From an uncultured Rhodospirillaceae bacterium (GTDB lineage: Bacteria; Pseudomonadota; Alphaproteobacteria; Rhodospirillales; UBA2165), in the NCBI GenBank assembly GCA_964639965.1, contig CAZXGI010000004.1, positions 3,888 through 67,887 of the forward strand: 64,000 nt of DNA, written 5' to 3'. This document shows positions 49,936 through 60,890 of this stretch, piece by piece. A program made the position numbers and the translations under genes. How positions within the stretch are numbered: the stretch's first letter is position 1; each line of letters opens with the position of its first letter. The notes beneath the pieces are model-generated. The model was not told where the DNA came from and did not search any database. It worked only from the letters and a program-made list of their open reading frames with translations.

Positions 49936-51522
49936 TTATTCTAGGATTTTAGCTTTCTGACTACTTTCCGCTTTGTCCCTTAGGACAAAACGTTGCAACT
50001 TGCCTGTCGCTGTTAAGGGCATTTCATCCAAGTAATATATACGACGAGGGCATTTGTATATCGACAGATTAGCCCTCAATGAAGCAATTAACTGTTTTTC
50101 AAAATCTTCCTTTGGGACGGCTAACTTTGGGGTAACTATGAATAGGGCTAAACGTATAAGACCATCCTCATTTGGTACTCCCACAATTGCCGCTTCAGTT
50201 ACTGCCTTATTTTTTAAAACTTCGGCCTCAATTTCGGCGGGGCTAACCCATTGACCTGAGATTTTAAGGATATCATCAATACGACCTTGATACTCATAAT
50301 AACCCAAGTCATCAAACGTAAACATATCATTAGTACAATACCAACCGTCCTTAAAAACTTCACGTGTTCTTTTTTTCATATTCCAGTATCCAGAAGCAAC
50401 ACATTCCATCTTAACCCATAGGATACCTGGGGTATTTGATTTTGTAATTACCTCACCGCTGTCATCGACTAACTTGACTTTAGTTTTTGGTGTCGGCAAT
50501 CCACAGGTTCCGGAAATTATTTTATCTGGACGATTGGCTAAAAACAAAAAACAGGTTTCAGTAGCGCCAATTCCTTCAAGGATGGGATGACCGGTTACCT
50601 CTGCCCATCGTGCAAAAAGAGTGCTCGGAAGTTTTTCACCCGCAGTAATATAATGACGCACATTCTTAAATTGCGATTTATTTGCAACACCTTCTCTCAA
50701 CATATTGCGGTAAAAAGTTGGAACACTAAGAAAAATTGTAGGTTTGTGTTGCTGAACAACGTTAGCTACAGCTTCGGCATCCGGCCATTCTGGGTAAAGT
50801 ATCGTGGTGGCACCTAATCTAATTGATGCAAGAAAACAGTGTGCCAACGAAAAAGCAAAGAACAACTTCGAAGATCCATAAATACGATCACCGGGACCAA
50901 CACCCAATATTTCACCCATTAAGTGATCCGCCGCTAAAATCGATTTTTGGCTATGAACTACACCTTTCGGCCTGCCTGTAGTGCCAGACGAATACATCCA
51001 AAAAGCAGGATCCTCTGGTTTTAATTTGACCGCATCTAATTGGTGCGAAGCACCTCCCATAATTTTTGGGAGATAATATAAATCTCCATGTTCGACATCA
51101 GTATTTATAATTTTAGGTCTCAAGGAAATATCTTTTGCAATGCCTCGATAACCAGATAAAAACACATCATCTAAGACAATAGCCTTAGCTTTACTATCGT
51201 TCATAGTATAAGCTACATCATCGGGATTTAGTCGGAGATTAATTGCAATCGGTATTGCTCCAATCTTTAATAGACCTAAATAAACATAAAAAAAAGCAGG
51301 GGTATCACGGACCATTATTATAACCCTATCTCCAATCGAGATATTGATTTTTAGGAAAGCATTACCCGCTTGATTCACGCGAGACCATAGTTGACTATAA
51401 TTGACAATCTCATCATCACAAATAATCGCGGCATCATGATCTTGACCACGTAGTTTAGATGGAGAAAGAATAATTTCGGCCATATTGACCTGATTATTTT
51501 CAAATGTCTTAGATAGTTGCAT
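49936..51522 (-). CDS. AMP-dependent acyl-CoA synthetase/ligase (benzoate-CoA-ligase-like)
   Basis: AMP-binding motif MYSSGTTGRPKGV. The ORF is open to 51597; ATG 51522 (MQLSKTF..) gives a typical length. Confidence 0.85.
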   Translation of the reverse strand: MQLSKTFENNQVNMAEIILSPSKLRGQDHDAAIICDDEIVNYSQLWSRVNQAGNAFLKINISIGDRVIIMVRDTPAFFYVYLGLLKIGAIPIAINLRLNPDDVAYTMNDSKAKAIVLDDVFLSGYRGIAKDISLRPKIINTDVEHGDLYYLPKIMGGASHQLDAVKLKPEDPAFWMYSSGTTGRPKGVVHSQKSILAADHLMGEILGVGPGDRIYGSSKLFFAFSLAHCFLASIRLGATTILYPEWPDAEAVANVVQQHKPTIFLSVPTFYRNMLREGVANKSQFKNVRHYITAGEKLPSTLFARWAEVTGHPILEGIGATETCFLFLANRPDKIISGTCGLPTPKTKVKLVDDSGEVITKSNTPGILWVKMECVASGYWNMKKRTREVFKDGWYCTNDMFTFDDLGYYEYQGRIDDILKISGQWVSPAEIEAEVLKNKAVTEAAIVGVPNEDGLIRLALFIVTPKLAVPKEDFEKQLIASLRANLSIYKCPRRIYYLDEMPLTATGKLQRFVLRDKAESSQKAKILE

Positions 51523-51688
51523 CAGAATCCCCCTAAGACTGATATAAAATGGCCATTTTTTTGACCACCAAATTAATTTAAAATATTGCCAAATCACTGA
51601 TCGTTTGTAATCTAGGACCGATCTAAGTGAAATAGAAAATTTAAAAAAATTATTTTTCTAGCAGAAAATAGATTTAGATTAAATAAGA

Positions 51689-52033
51689 ATGGGGGCTAAA
51701 ATTTTTAGCGCAAATGACAAAAAGTCGCCAATAATCAAAATTATCATATTATTATATAGTTTACCGTTAATATTAATGGCCTGTAGCAACAAGAATTTCG
51801 AATGGCAAAACCCAAAAAAATTGGAGGATTATTGGCCAGCTGATATTTCAAAATGCAAAATAATTGCCACAACACAACTCAACAGACAACTTGATATTGA
51901 AAATGATGCGAATTTTGATATTAAAAATGAGTTGAAAACACTATTCGAAAAACTTGATGCTGAAAAAAAATATAATTCTTACTATACTGATTGTCTTAAA
52001 GAAAAAGGTTATCAAAGAAATTTAGTTAAATAA
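51689..52033 (+). CDS. hypothetical lipoprotein
   Basis: 114 aa; lipobox LILMAC. Confidence 0.55.
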   Translation: MGAKIFSANDKKSPIIKIIILLYSLPLILMACSNKNFEWQNPKKLEDYWPADISKCKIIATTQLNRQLDIENDANFDIKNELKTLFEKLDAEKKYNSYYTDCLKEKGYQRNLVK

Positions 52034-52057
52034 TTAGAATGGCGATAAAGAAAAAAT

Positions 52058-54115
52058 ATGATTGACAACAACGATGAACTATTTTCTTCGCTTCTTATAG
52101 AATCTGGTATTGATAAATCGAAAGAAGCTATTTTAGATCTTATTGAAGGCGTCGCTGCAGGACCAAATCTTGAAGGCTCTGTAGGAGATCCAAATGCCTG
52201 GCTTAGACTTATTTCGCCCAATATGCCCAAAGCTCTGGTCGAATTATTACATATTGAACTTGAAAGAGTTAGAAAGATTGACGACGGATTAAATGAAAAC
52301 CCTGAGCCTATTACATTAAAGAAAAGACTTTCAGATCTCCGCCTGAAATTCAAAGATCATAAGATCTCAGGTTTCATCGTTCCATTAGCAGATGAACATC
52401 AGAATGAGTATATCCCCAAAAATTCTCAAAGGTTGGCATGGCTTACAGGATTTACGGGTTCTGCTGGTATAGCAATTATTCTAGAGCATAAGGCTGCAAT
52501 TTTTGTAGATGGTAGGTACTCTTTGCAAGTGAAGAACCAAGTTGACAATACCCTATTTGAAATAAATCATCTAAATAATACTTCTATTGATAAATGGCTA
52601 ACCAAATCTCTAACGCCTAATGACATCCTTGGCTATGATCCTTGGCTGCATACGACAGATGGAATTGCCAAGATCAACAAAACAATAGAAAAGGCTGACG
52701 GTAAACTTAAGGCCCTCGAAACCAATCTGATTGATTTAGTTTGGCAAAATAGGCCAAAGCCCCCTCTTACGCCAATTACATATATGCATCCTTCCTTTAC
52801 AGGTCAAAGTTCAAGAGATAAACGATCCAAGATTTCAAAATTGTTAAAAAAAGACGGAATAAGTTCCTACGTTCTTTCCGCTCCAGACTCTATCGCTTGG
52901 TTAGCCAATATTCGAGGTGGAGACGTACCCTATACACCTTTTTCTCTATCCTTCGCAATTCTCAATGTCGATGCTAGCCTCGATATTTATAATGATCCAA
53001 GAAAACTTTCTCCTGATGTTAGCAAAAAGCTAGAAACAGGCATTAGCGTATTCCCACGAGAAGACTTTCTACCCACTCTCCGCGCCCTCGGTAAAAAGAA
53101 TAAAGATGTAGGTGTTGACTTATCATCTTCTGCAGAAATTATCTCCGACACTCTTAAATCTTCTGGGGCACAAATACATAGAATCGTTGATCCTTGCGTA
53201 TTACCGAAAGCTAAAAAAAACTCATCTGAATTGAATGGTATGAGGAAGGCTCATTTGAGAGACGGCGTGGCACTAACAAGATTTATAGCTTGGCTAAAAG
53301 AAAATGCGCTGGATGGGCATTTAACAGAATTATCCGCTGCTGACAAATTAGAGAGCTTCCGGCAAGAAGAAAACAACTTCCAAGGGTTAAGTTTCCCAAC
53401 AATTTCTGGAAGCGGTCCGAATGGAGCCATTGTGCATTACCGTGCTACAAAAAAAAGCAACCGGAATATCGAAAGGGACACTCTTTATTTGGTAGATTCC
53501 GGGGCTCAATATTTAGATGGAACTACGGATGTAACGCGTACACTCTCAATTGGAATTCCTACTCCTGAGATGAAGGACCGTTTCACCCGAGTTCTTAAAG
53601 GTCATATCGCTCTAGCACTGGCAATATTTCCTCAAGGAACAACTGGTTCACAACTCGACATTCTTGCCCGAACTCCACTATGGGAAATTGGCCTTGATTA
53701 TGATCATGGCACTGGACATGGTGTTGGCAGTTACTTAGGCGTGCATGAAGGTCCACAACGAATTTCAAAAATTCCTAGTCATATAGCCTTAGAGCCGGGG
53801 ATGGTAATTTCAAATGAGCCAGGATATTATAAAATAAATGAATATGGAATTAGAATTGAAAACCTTGTTGCCGTTGTTGAATCGGCCTCGTCTTTGCCAG
53901 ATTTAAATACCGTGGGTTCCCCACTATTAAGCTTTGAAACCCTTACTTTAGCGCCAATAGACCTTTCTTTAGTAGAAATAAGTCTCTTAACTCAAACAGA
54001 GATCAATTGGTTAAACGAATACCATCTAAAAATTAGAAACTCGCTTTCGCCACTGTTAGACAAAAAAACACAGGATTGGCTAGAAATTAATCTGAAAGAT
54101 ATACATTCTCTATGA
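52058..54115 (+). CDS. Xaa-Pro aminopeptidase (M24B, aminopeptidase P family)
   Basis: 685 aa; HGTGHGVG, SNEPGYY, GIRIEN metal-ligand motifs; about 85 aa of N-terminal extension. Confidence 0.88.
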   Translation: MIDNNDELFSSLLIESGIDKSKEAILDLIEGVAAGPNLEGSVGDPNAWLRLISPNMPKALVELLHIELERVRKIDDGLNENPEPITLKKRLSDLRLKFKDHKISGFIVPLADEHQNEYIPKNSQRLAWLTGFTGSAGIAIILEHKAAIFVDGRYSLQVKNQVDNTLFEINHLNNTSIDKWLTKSLTPNDILGYDPWLHTTDGIAKINKTIEKADGKLKALETNLIDLVWQNRPKPPLTPITYMHPSFTGQSSRDKRSKISKLLKKDGISSYVLSAPDSIAWLANIRGGDVPYTPFSLSFAILNVDASLDIYNDPRKLSPDVSKKLETGISVFPREDFLPTLRALGKKNKDVGVDLSSSAEIISDTLKSSGAQIHRIVDPCVLPKAKKNSSELNGMRKAHLRDGVALTRFIAWLKENALDGHLTELSAADKLESFRQEENNFQGLSFPTISGSGPNGAIVHYRATKKSNRNIERDTLYLVDSGAQYLDGTTDVTRTLSIGIPTPEMKDRFTRVLKGHIALALAIFPQGTTGSQLDILARTPLWEIGLDYDHGTGHGVGSYLGVHEGPQRISKIPSHIALEPGMVISNEPGYYKINEYGIRIENLVAVVESASSLPDLNTVGSPLLSFETLTLAPIDLSLVEISLLTQTEINWLNEYHLKIRNSLSPLLDKKTQDWLEINLKDIHSL

Positions 54116-54428
54116 TATTTATGCATAATGATGTAGATTAAATTTAATAACGAGATTAAAATTCATTTGTTTGGTAGTAACAGCTAAATATGGTTATTAG
54201 ATTCAAATAATAATATAGAAATTTCGTCAATCTAATAGAGTATGGCTGATTACTAAGGAATTAAATTAGATATTTTTTTACCTTTTCAGACATTTTCTAT
54301 ATAAACGAATCAAATATTCGTAAGAGAATCTGATTGAAATCGCTTACCACTTGAATGATATTCGGATTTAGTCAGAATAGCACTACTTATAATAAACCAA
54401 AGTTACCAATAAAAATTTATAGTCAACC

Positions 54429-55838
54429 ATGAAAAATAAAAGACAAAAGAAACAGTCTGCGAATCCAATTTGGGGGGGGCGCTTTGAAGGTAGTCCTTCC
54501 GAATTAATGGAACAGATCAATGCCTCAGTTAATTTCGATAAGAGAATGTATTCTCAGGATATAACGGCGTCTAAAGCACATGCATCAATGCTAGTTAAAC
54601 AAAATATCATTTCTAATGAGGATGGAGCTTTAATTAATAAAGGGCTAGACCAGATTCTCGGTGAAATCGAAATCGGATCCTTCGAATATAAAATCTCTCT
54701 TGAAGATATCCACATGAACATTGAAACTAGACTTAAAGAAATAGTTGGTGATGTAGCTGGAAAGTTACACACAGCGAGATCAAGAAACGACCAAGTTGCA
54801 ACTGATTTTAAACTCTGGGTTAGGAAAGAACTCGACCAATTAGATAATACATTGAAATCTCTTCAAAAAACATTTATTAACCAAGCAGAAGACCATGCTT
54901 CAACAATTCTACCAGGCTTCACTCATTTGCAGTCAGCCCAGCCTATTACCCTTGGCCATCACTTGCTTTCATATGTTGAAATGATCGGCAGAGACCGCGG
55001 CAGAATAAAAGATTGCCGAGAACGATTGAATGAGAATCCTCTAGGATCTGGGGCTTTAGCTGGTACATCCTTTCCTATTGATAGGGATGCAACAACAAAA
55101 ACTCTTGGTTTTGCTCGACCCACATCCAATTCATTAGACGCTGTATCTGATCGAGATTTTGCTCTTGAATATCTTTCATTAGCATCAATTTTGTCCGTGC
55201 ACCTTTCTAGACTAGCAGAAGAAATTGTGGTTTGGGCGAGTACTCCATTTTCTTTTATTAATTTACCAGACTCATTTTCAACTGGCAGTTCAATGCTCCC
55301 ACAAAAAAGAAATCCGGACGCTGCAGAGCTGATACGAGCAAAAACAGGCCGAGTAATCGGAAACCTAACCAGCCTATTAATTACCATGAAGGGCTTACCC
55401 CTCGCATATAGCAAGGATATGCAAGAAGACAAAGAACCAGTTTTTGAAACAGCGGACACCCTAGCTCTTACTGTCAAAGTGATGACTGGGATTTTTGATG
55501 AAATAACCTATAATGTTGATAACATGTTAGCTGTAGCAAAAAATGCTAACTCCAGCGCGGTCGATTTAGCCGATTGGTTGGTTAAAGAGTTAGATAAACC
55601 GTTTCGCGACGCACATAGCATAAGTGGGAAAATGGTCAAACTTGCCGAAAAACAAAATAAATCTCTAGAAGAGCTTTCAATTGCCGATATGCAAAGCATA
55701 GAACCAAATATTACAGAAGATGTTTTTACCATCCTTAATATTGAGAATGCATTAAATGCGCGAAACAGCTTTGGAGCTACAGCGCCAAAGAATGTTGTAA
55801 AAGCTTGCGCTAAAGCGCGTCTAAAGTATCTTAAGTGA
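54429..55838 (+). CDS. argH: argininosuccinate lyase
   Basis: 469 aa; WGGRF and fumarate-lyase signature GSSMLPQKRNPD. Confidence 0.95.
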   Translation: MKNKRQKKQSANPIWGGRFEGSPSELMEQINASVNFDKRMYSQDITASKAHASMLVKQNIISNEDGALINKGLDQILGEIEIGSFEYKISLEDIHMNIETRLKEIVGDVAGKLHTARSRNDQVATDFKLWVRKELDQLDNTLKSLQKTFINQAEDHASTILPGFTHLQSAQPITLGHHLLSYVEMIGRDRGRIKDCRERLNENPLGSGALAGTSFPIDRDATTKTLGFARPTSNSLDAVSDRDFALEYLSLASILSVHLSRLAEEIVVWASTPFSFINLPDSFSTGSSMLPQKRNPDAAELIRAKTGRVIGNLTSLLITMKGLPLAYSKDMQEDKEPVFETADTLALTVKVMTGIFDEITYNVDNMLAVAKNANSSAVDLADWLVKELDKPFRDAHSISGKMVKLAEKQNKSLEELSIADMQSIEPNITEDVFTILNIENALNARNSFGATAPKNVVKACAKARLKYLK

Positions 55839-55859
55839 CGTATTTATGGATTTAATATA

Positions 55860-56009
55860 ATGGCACGTATTCGCTTGCACAGTTTAGTTTCAGCGTTAAC
55901 AGTTCTCTTAATGACACTATCGCTACTATCAGGTTGCGGTAAAAAAGGGAACCTTCAACCACCGGAAGGCGAGAAAACTGATTTCCCTCGCAAGTATCCC
56001 AGTTATTAG
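55860..56009 (+). CDS. small lipoprotein (49 aa), LptM/YifL-like, typical of the argH-lysA spacer
   Basis: Hand translation MARIRLHSLVSALTVLLMTLSLLSGCGKKGNLQPPEGEKTDFPRKYPSY; lipobox LLSGC; absent from the ORF track (under 60 aa). Confidence 0.6.
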   Translation: MARIRLHSLVSALTVLLMTLSLLSGCGKKGNLQPPEGEKTDFPRKYPSY

Positions 56010-56041
56010 TCATTCAAGAAATTATTTGAATAGCATCAAGT

Positions 56042-57304
56042 ATGAATTATTTTAAATATAAAAATGGAATTCTTTTTGCCGAAGATGTTAAGGTCTCCAA
56101 AATAGCTGATATAATTGGAACACCTTTTTATTGTTATTCAGCAACAAGTATTGAATACCATTTCAATCTTCTAAAGAAAGCACTCTCCGAACTTCCTGCG
56201 ACAATTTGTTATGCCGTCAAAGCTAATTCAAATATAGCAGTAATTAAAACACTTGCTGACATGGGTGCTGGCGCGGATGTTGTTTCATCGGGCGAATTAA
56301 CTCGCGCACTCAAAGCCGGTGTACCTGCAAAAAAAATCGTGTTTTCCGGAGTTGGCAAAACTACAGATGAACTTTCTCATGCCCTCAAAGAAGATATCTT
56401 GCAAATCAACATTGAATCAGAACCCGAACTTGAAATTCTTAATGAAATTGCTAAAGCTCTGGGAAAAAAAGCACAAGTTGCTCTGCGTATTAATCCAAAT
56501 ATAGATGCGTATACACACGATAAAATTTCAACCGGTCGATCTGAAGATAAATTCGGTATAGACTGGATGTGCATAAACGATGTTATTGAACGTGCTAATA
56601 AACTAAATAATATTAAAATCGTGGGACTTGCTATGCATATTGGGTCTCAATTGACCAAGCTCGAACCCTTTGAAAAAGCATTTATCCGCTTAGAAAATTT
56701 GGTTAAAGAGCTTCGTCTAAAAGATCATGAAATCTCACGAATAGATCTAGGTGGAGGCCTTGGAATTTCCTACGATGGGCAACCTACTCCAACGCCGTCG
56801 CAATATGGAAAAATAGTCAAAGCCATCTTTAAAAATCTAAACTGCGATTTATTATTCGAACCTGGGCGTTTTATTGTAGGTAACGCTGGTATATTAGTAA
56901 CTCAAGTGATCTATGAAAAAAAAGGAACAGACCGGCGTTTTTTGATACTAGATGCTGCAATGAATGATCTAATGAGACCATGCCTTTATGATGCTGAGCA
57001 TAGCATCATATCTCTCACCGAACCCAAAAAAAATGAAAATCTTGTTACCGTTGATGTGGTTGGACCGGTATGCGAATCCGGCGATATTTTCGCCTCGGGA
57101 TTAGATCTACCAGCAGCTAAATCTGGTGATCTATATGCTATTCACTCGGCAGGGGCGTACGGATCTGTAATGTCATCAACTTATAATAGTCGTCCCCTCA
57201 TTCCCGAAATTATGGTTAAAGGCAATAACTATTCAATTATCCGCAAACGAATAACACCAGAAAATTTTATCAACCATGAAACCCTTCCGGATTGGAGCAC
57301 TTAA
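56042..57304 (+). CDS. lysA: diaminopimelate decarboxylase
   Basis: 420 aa; PLP-Lys YAVKAN, GGGLGI, CESGD. Confidence 0.95.
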   Translation: MNYFKYKNGILFAEDVKVSKIADIIGTPFYCYSATSIEYHFNLLKKALSELPATICYAVKANSNIAVIKTLADMGAGADVVSSGELTRALKAGVPAKKIVFSGVGKTTDELSHALKEDILQINIESEPELEILNEIAKALGKKAQVALRINPNIDAYTHDKISTGRSEDKFGIDWMCINDVIERANKLNNIKIVGLAMHIGSQLTKLEPFEKAFIRLENLVKELRLKDHEISRIDLGGGLGISYDGQPTPTPSQYGKIVKAIFKNLNCDLLFEPGRFIVGNAGILVTQVIYEKKGTDRRFLILDAAMNDLMRPCLYDAEHSIISLTEPKKNENLVTVDVVGPVCESGDIFASGLDLPAAKSGDLYAIHSAGAYGSVMSSTYNSRPLIPEIMVKGNNYSIIRKRITPENFINHETLPDWST

Positions 57305-57696
57305 TTTATGCCTAATAAACAGAATTCAAGCCTTACAAATTAATAACTGAATCAACTCCCAATTTAATTTCTATAGAAAATTTAATATAAAAGTCAGTTT
57401 GTTTTATTTGATTGAACACCAACTGATATCCACCTTCCTCAAATAAAATTCAGTGGCAAACTATCTGCAAACAAATTGGGGAAATTTTTTTACTTTTTCT
57501 ATCACAATCTTAATAAGCTCACCTCTCATTTTAAATAACGAAACTCGAACGCTAATCCAACCACAATATCGAGAAATAGAACTTTCACTAGACGAATCTA
57601 AATTGGAAAAATTAACCTTATCCAATTTGATTTTCTTTTATCACGCAAAACGACTTAATTCGATAAACAAAAATTCGGCTCATTAACTTTCTCCCT

Positions 57697-57722
57697 AAAA
57701 AAGGGTCTTTTTATTAAGACCT
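57697..57722 (-). terminator. rho-independent terminator downstream of the Zn-ribbon gene
   Basis: Minus-strand RNA AGGUCUU-AAUAAA-AAGACCC followed by UUUUUU. Confidence 0.55.
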
Positions 57723-57867
57723 CAGGGATTACAAGCAAATTTCATGCCTGCAACGTAAAGCTAAAAAAGACTAATTATCAATTGTTTAAGAGGAACAAGA
57801 GAGTCGTTATCAAAGACCTAAGTATTTTAATCGGAAAATTTTTCCTTAATCAAACAAACAGAAAATA

Positions 57868-59115
57868 TTAATTTTCATTTTCTTTAGGTTTAACACTATC
57901 CGGCTTAACTGCTTTCGGCGGATTTTCGCCTAATGGAGTTTTACCTTTTTCATTGCGGGGTTTATCTCCAGTATCTGAAATAAAGGATCCATAGGTAATA
58001 TCTAGTCGTTTCGCCGTTTTTGGTAGCTTCTTAAATACCCCTGTAAACTTGACAAATTTTCCTGGGGCTAGCGTCAATTTTTCAGGTTTCACCTTCTGCG
58101 TTCGAACCACTTTATCTTTCCCGTCAATTGCTAGTAACAATATTTCCGGAACCCGTTGAATAGAATTAGAAACATTAGTGATTACTCCCTTGATTATTGT
58201 AACTGTTTTGCCATTGCGTTCTTCACGGACTGGATCATCAGATTTAATCTTTAATCCCTGACCAGGTATTGAAACCCCAAGACCAATCAACTCAAAAACA
58301 ATATTTGAGGCAGGTAATAATTCGACAACCATAACCCTCTTATAAACAGCACCTGCGCCAGCACCACCAATTATAATTAATAAAACCATAAACCAAACGA
58401 TAAATTTTTTTATGCCACCACCTTTCTTTTCCTCTTCTTCTGGTTCGGCATCAAAAGTAGGCGAATCAAACGGTTCTGGATCTGGGATATCCTCTGGATC
58501 CACAATATCAACCTCTTCGTCATTAGATTCCTCAGAAGCGATAGATACGATCGGTTCAGGGTCTTCCATATTCTCTAAATCATCAATGCTAACGCTCTCT
58601 GCCTCTTCTACTTCATTTTCATCAAGTATTGTGCTAACAGCTTCTTCATCTTCGGGTCCGAGCATCTCATCTAATTGTTCATCTGAAGGAATATCCTCTT
58701 CAACTACATCTGGAGTTGGGGTAGCAAGGGGCTCAGTAGCCTCAACAACCGCTTCTGGGGGCGGAGGGGGAACAGCAGGGGCTTCTGGAGGGGGCGACGC
58801 AACGGGTTCAGGAACAGGGGTGGTTATAGGTTCGGGAACATGTTCCTGAACCGGGGGTGGGTTATATACTGGACCTTGCTGGAGGGGTGCATTTGGTGGC
58901 TGAGGAACGGGAAAGTTCCCCGCCTGAGGAGATGCAGCATATGGTCCTGGTGACACATATTGCACCGGAATATACTGCGACTGCGTTTGCGGAGGTAACG
59001 GATATTGATGCCACGTATGGCTGCAGTTAAAACAGCGGACCATTTGGCCACTAGTTCCTATAGCGGAGCCGGAAACGCTAAATGATGTTGCGCAAGAAGG
59101 ACAAGAAAGATACAT
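57868..59115 (-). CDS. MJ0042-type zinc-ribbon protein with Pro-rich and acidic linker, one TM and a DUF3426-like C-terminal domain
   Basis: 415 aa; N-terminal CPSC..CFNC zinc ribbon; PPxP-rich and D/E-rich region; TM FIVWFMVLLIIIGGAGAGAV; divergent from ftsE. Confidence 0.7.
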   Translation of the reverse strand: MYLSCPSCATSFSVSGSAIGTSGQMVRCFNCSHTWHQYPLPPQTQSQYIPVQYVSPGPYAASPQAGNFPVPQPPNAPLQQGPVYNPPPVQEHVPEPITTPVPEPVASPPPEAPAVPPPPPEAVVEATEPLATPTPDVVEEDIPSDEQLDEMLGPEDEEAVSTILDENEVEEAESVSIDDLENMEDPEPIVSIASEESNDEEVDIVDPEDIPDPEPFDSPTFDAEPEEEEKKGGGIKKFIVWFMVLLIIIGGAGAGAVYKRVMVVELLPASNIVFELIGLGVSIPGQGLKIKSDDPVREERNGKTVTIIKGVITNVSNSIQRVPEILLLAIDGKDKVVRTQKVKPEKLTLAPGKFVKFTGVFKKLPKTAKRLDITYGSFISDTGDKPRNEKGKTPLGENPPKAVKPDSVKPKENEN

Positions 59116-59256
59116 AACCTACCAAAATAATTAATTTGTCACTATATTTATAGAAAAATGCTGTTCTGAACGCAAGCGGTGCTGGACGAAAGGGTAATTA
59201 GCATGCCATTCTCAGTCTAAACCAAACTCCAAAAAGAAGGTCAGAAACCATCTATT

Positions 59257-60003
59257 ATGACTGAAGTTGTTCGATTCGAGAATGTTGGGTTACGTTATGG
59301 CTTGGGGCCCGAAGTATTACAAGATATCACTTTTGGTCTGGAAGCAGGCTCATTCCACTTCTTGGTAGGCCCCAGTGGAGCAGGAAAATCTTCACTTTTA
59401 CGTCTAATGTACCTCGCCCACCGCCAAACCCGTGGACTTATTTCCTTGTTTGGGCAAGACACGATTGAGTTGCCTAGAGAAAAACTAACAAATATCCGAA
59501 GGCGTATCGGCGTTATGTTTCAGGACTTTAGGTTACTGCCACATCTTAGCGCTTTTGATAATGTGGCTTTACCTCTAAGAGTAGCCGGAGTTCGCGAATC
59601 GGAAATTAAACGACACGTTGAAGAACTGCTCGTTTGGGTGGCACTAGAGAATCATATGGATGTCAGACCACCTACAATGTCAGGTGGCCAGCAACAACGA
59701 GTTGCAATTGCCAGGGCGGTTATCTCTCGGCCAAAAATTCTATACGCGGATGAGCCCACCGGTAATGTTGATAGTCGCATAGCCGCACGACTAATGCATT
59801 TATTTGAAGAGCTCAATAAGCTTGGTACAACAGTCGTTATTGCTACCCACAATGAGTCAATAGTTAACGAATTTGGTCGACCCGTGCTGAAAATTGATTC
59901 TGGTCGGTTAGAAACTATCTCAAAAGTTCAGCTGAAAGAAAAAACAAGCAAATCAAAATTAAATATTACAACAGATTTGGGGGATCAAAGTGAGGTATCA
60001 TAG
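59257..60003 (+). CDS. ftsE: cell division ATP-binding protein FtsE
   Basis: 248 aa; Walker A GPSGAGKSS; signature MSGGQQQRVAIARA. Confidence 0.9.
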   Translation: MTEVVRFENVGLRYGLGPEVLQDITFGLEAGSFHFLVGPSGAGKSSLLRLMYLAHRQTRGLISLFGQDTIELPREKLTNIRRRIGVMFQDFRLLPHLSAFDNVALPLRVAGVRESEIKRHVEELLVWVALENHMDVRPPTMSGGQQQRVAIARAVISRPKILYADEPTGNVDSRIAARLMHLFEELNKLGTTVVIATHNESIVNEFGRPVLKIDSGRLETISKVQLKEKTSKSKLNITTDLGDQSEVS

Positions 60004-60005
60004 AG

Positions 60006-60887
60006 ATGCGCTTCAACCGCTATAATTTAGCCATAGAGAAAGATGATACCAATCGCTTTCTACCTTGGCTGATAGCATTCATGGCTTTACTGGCCGCCCT
60101 TTCCGTTGCTGGGCTCTTAATGCTCAAACAAATTTCGAGTGTCTTTGAATATAATAGCCAAGATAGTATGACAGTCCAAATTCCGGCTGCAGAAAATCCG
60201 AAATTTGATGAACAAAATACGATCAAAGTATTAATGGCTTTGAAAAAAGCTGAGGGTGTCATAAACACTACCAGAGTATCAAACGCCGAGATTAAAAAAT
60301 TGCTTCAGCCGTGGCTGGGGGACGCCGCAGGTTCGGAAGTGTTACCCTTACCCCAAATCATTGATGTTAAAATAGATCGCGAATCTAATTTGACAGCTGA
60401 AAAGCTCACTAACTTATTAATAAAAATCGTGCCTGGTATAAAGGTTGACGATCATAGCATATGGTTAAATAACTTGGTCGACACACTTCAATCAGCAGAG
60501 TTTATTGCTTTAGGCGTTGTTTTATTAATTACACTAGCAACTATAGGTACTGTGGTATTTACCACACGTACTGGAATGGGGATACATAGACAAACGATCG
60601 AAGTACTACATTTTGTAGGTGCCCAAGATGAATTTATCGCCCGTCAATTTGCGGCACGAGCTTTTATTGTTGGATTACAGGGCGGTTTCGGTGGAATTCT
60701 GCTTGCTATACCGATTCTGTATGCTTTTGAATATATTCTCAAGAACTTCGATTCAGGGCTGCTACCAAAAGCAGACCTTAATATTTCTATCTGGATTGGC
60801 GTAAGTTTCGTTATTCCTGTTGTTGCCATAATTGCAATGATGACCGCTCGATCTACAGTTATAAAAACACTGAAAAAAATGGTATAG
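60006..60887 (+). CDS. ftsX: cell division permease-like protein FtsX
   Basis: 293 aa; one N-terminal TM, a periplasmic domain, three C-terminal TM; follows ftsE. Confidence 0.85.
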   Translation: MRFNRYNLAIEKDDTNRFLPWLIAFMALLAALSVAGLLMLKQISSVFEYNSQDSMTVQIPAAENPKFDEQNTIKVLMALKKAEGVINTTRVSNAEIKKLLQPWLGDAAGSEVLPLPQIIDVKIDRESNLTAEKLTNLLIKIVPGIKVDDHSIWLNNLVDTLQSAEFIALGVVLLITLATIGTVVFTTRTGMGIHRQTIEVLHFVGAQDEFIARQFAARAFIVGLQGGFGGILLAIPILYAFEYILKNFDSGLLPKADLNISIWIGVSFVIPVVAIIAMMTARSTVIKTLKKMV

Positions 60888-60890
60888 CCG

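Noticed and set aside
54959-55477. 172-aa minus-strand ORF inside argH (and a 146-aa ORF at 46072..46512 inside the chorismate mutase gene)
   Set aside because: Both are antisense to well-supported conserved genes and show no independent support.
57333-57440. Strong Shine-Dalgarno-like GAGGAAGGTGG on the minus strand, followed by a 29-codon TTG ORF in the lysA / Zn-ribbon spacer. Also the 77-aa plus-strand ORF at 57453..57686
   Set aside because: The starts are non-ATG, the composition is low-complexity AT-rich, and there is no recognisable family. The evidence is not sufficient to call either ORF.
58412-58849. 145-aa Ser/Gly-rich plus-strand ORF
   Set aside because: It mirrors the Pro/Glu/Asp-rich linker of the Zn-ribbon protein on the other strand, so it is a compositional artefact.
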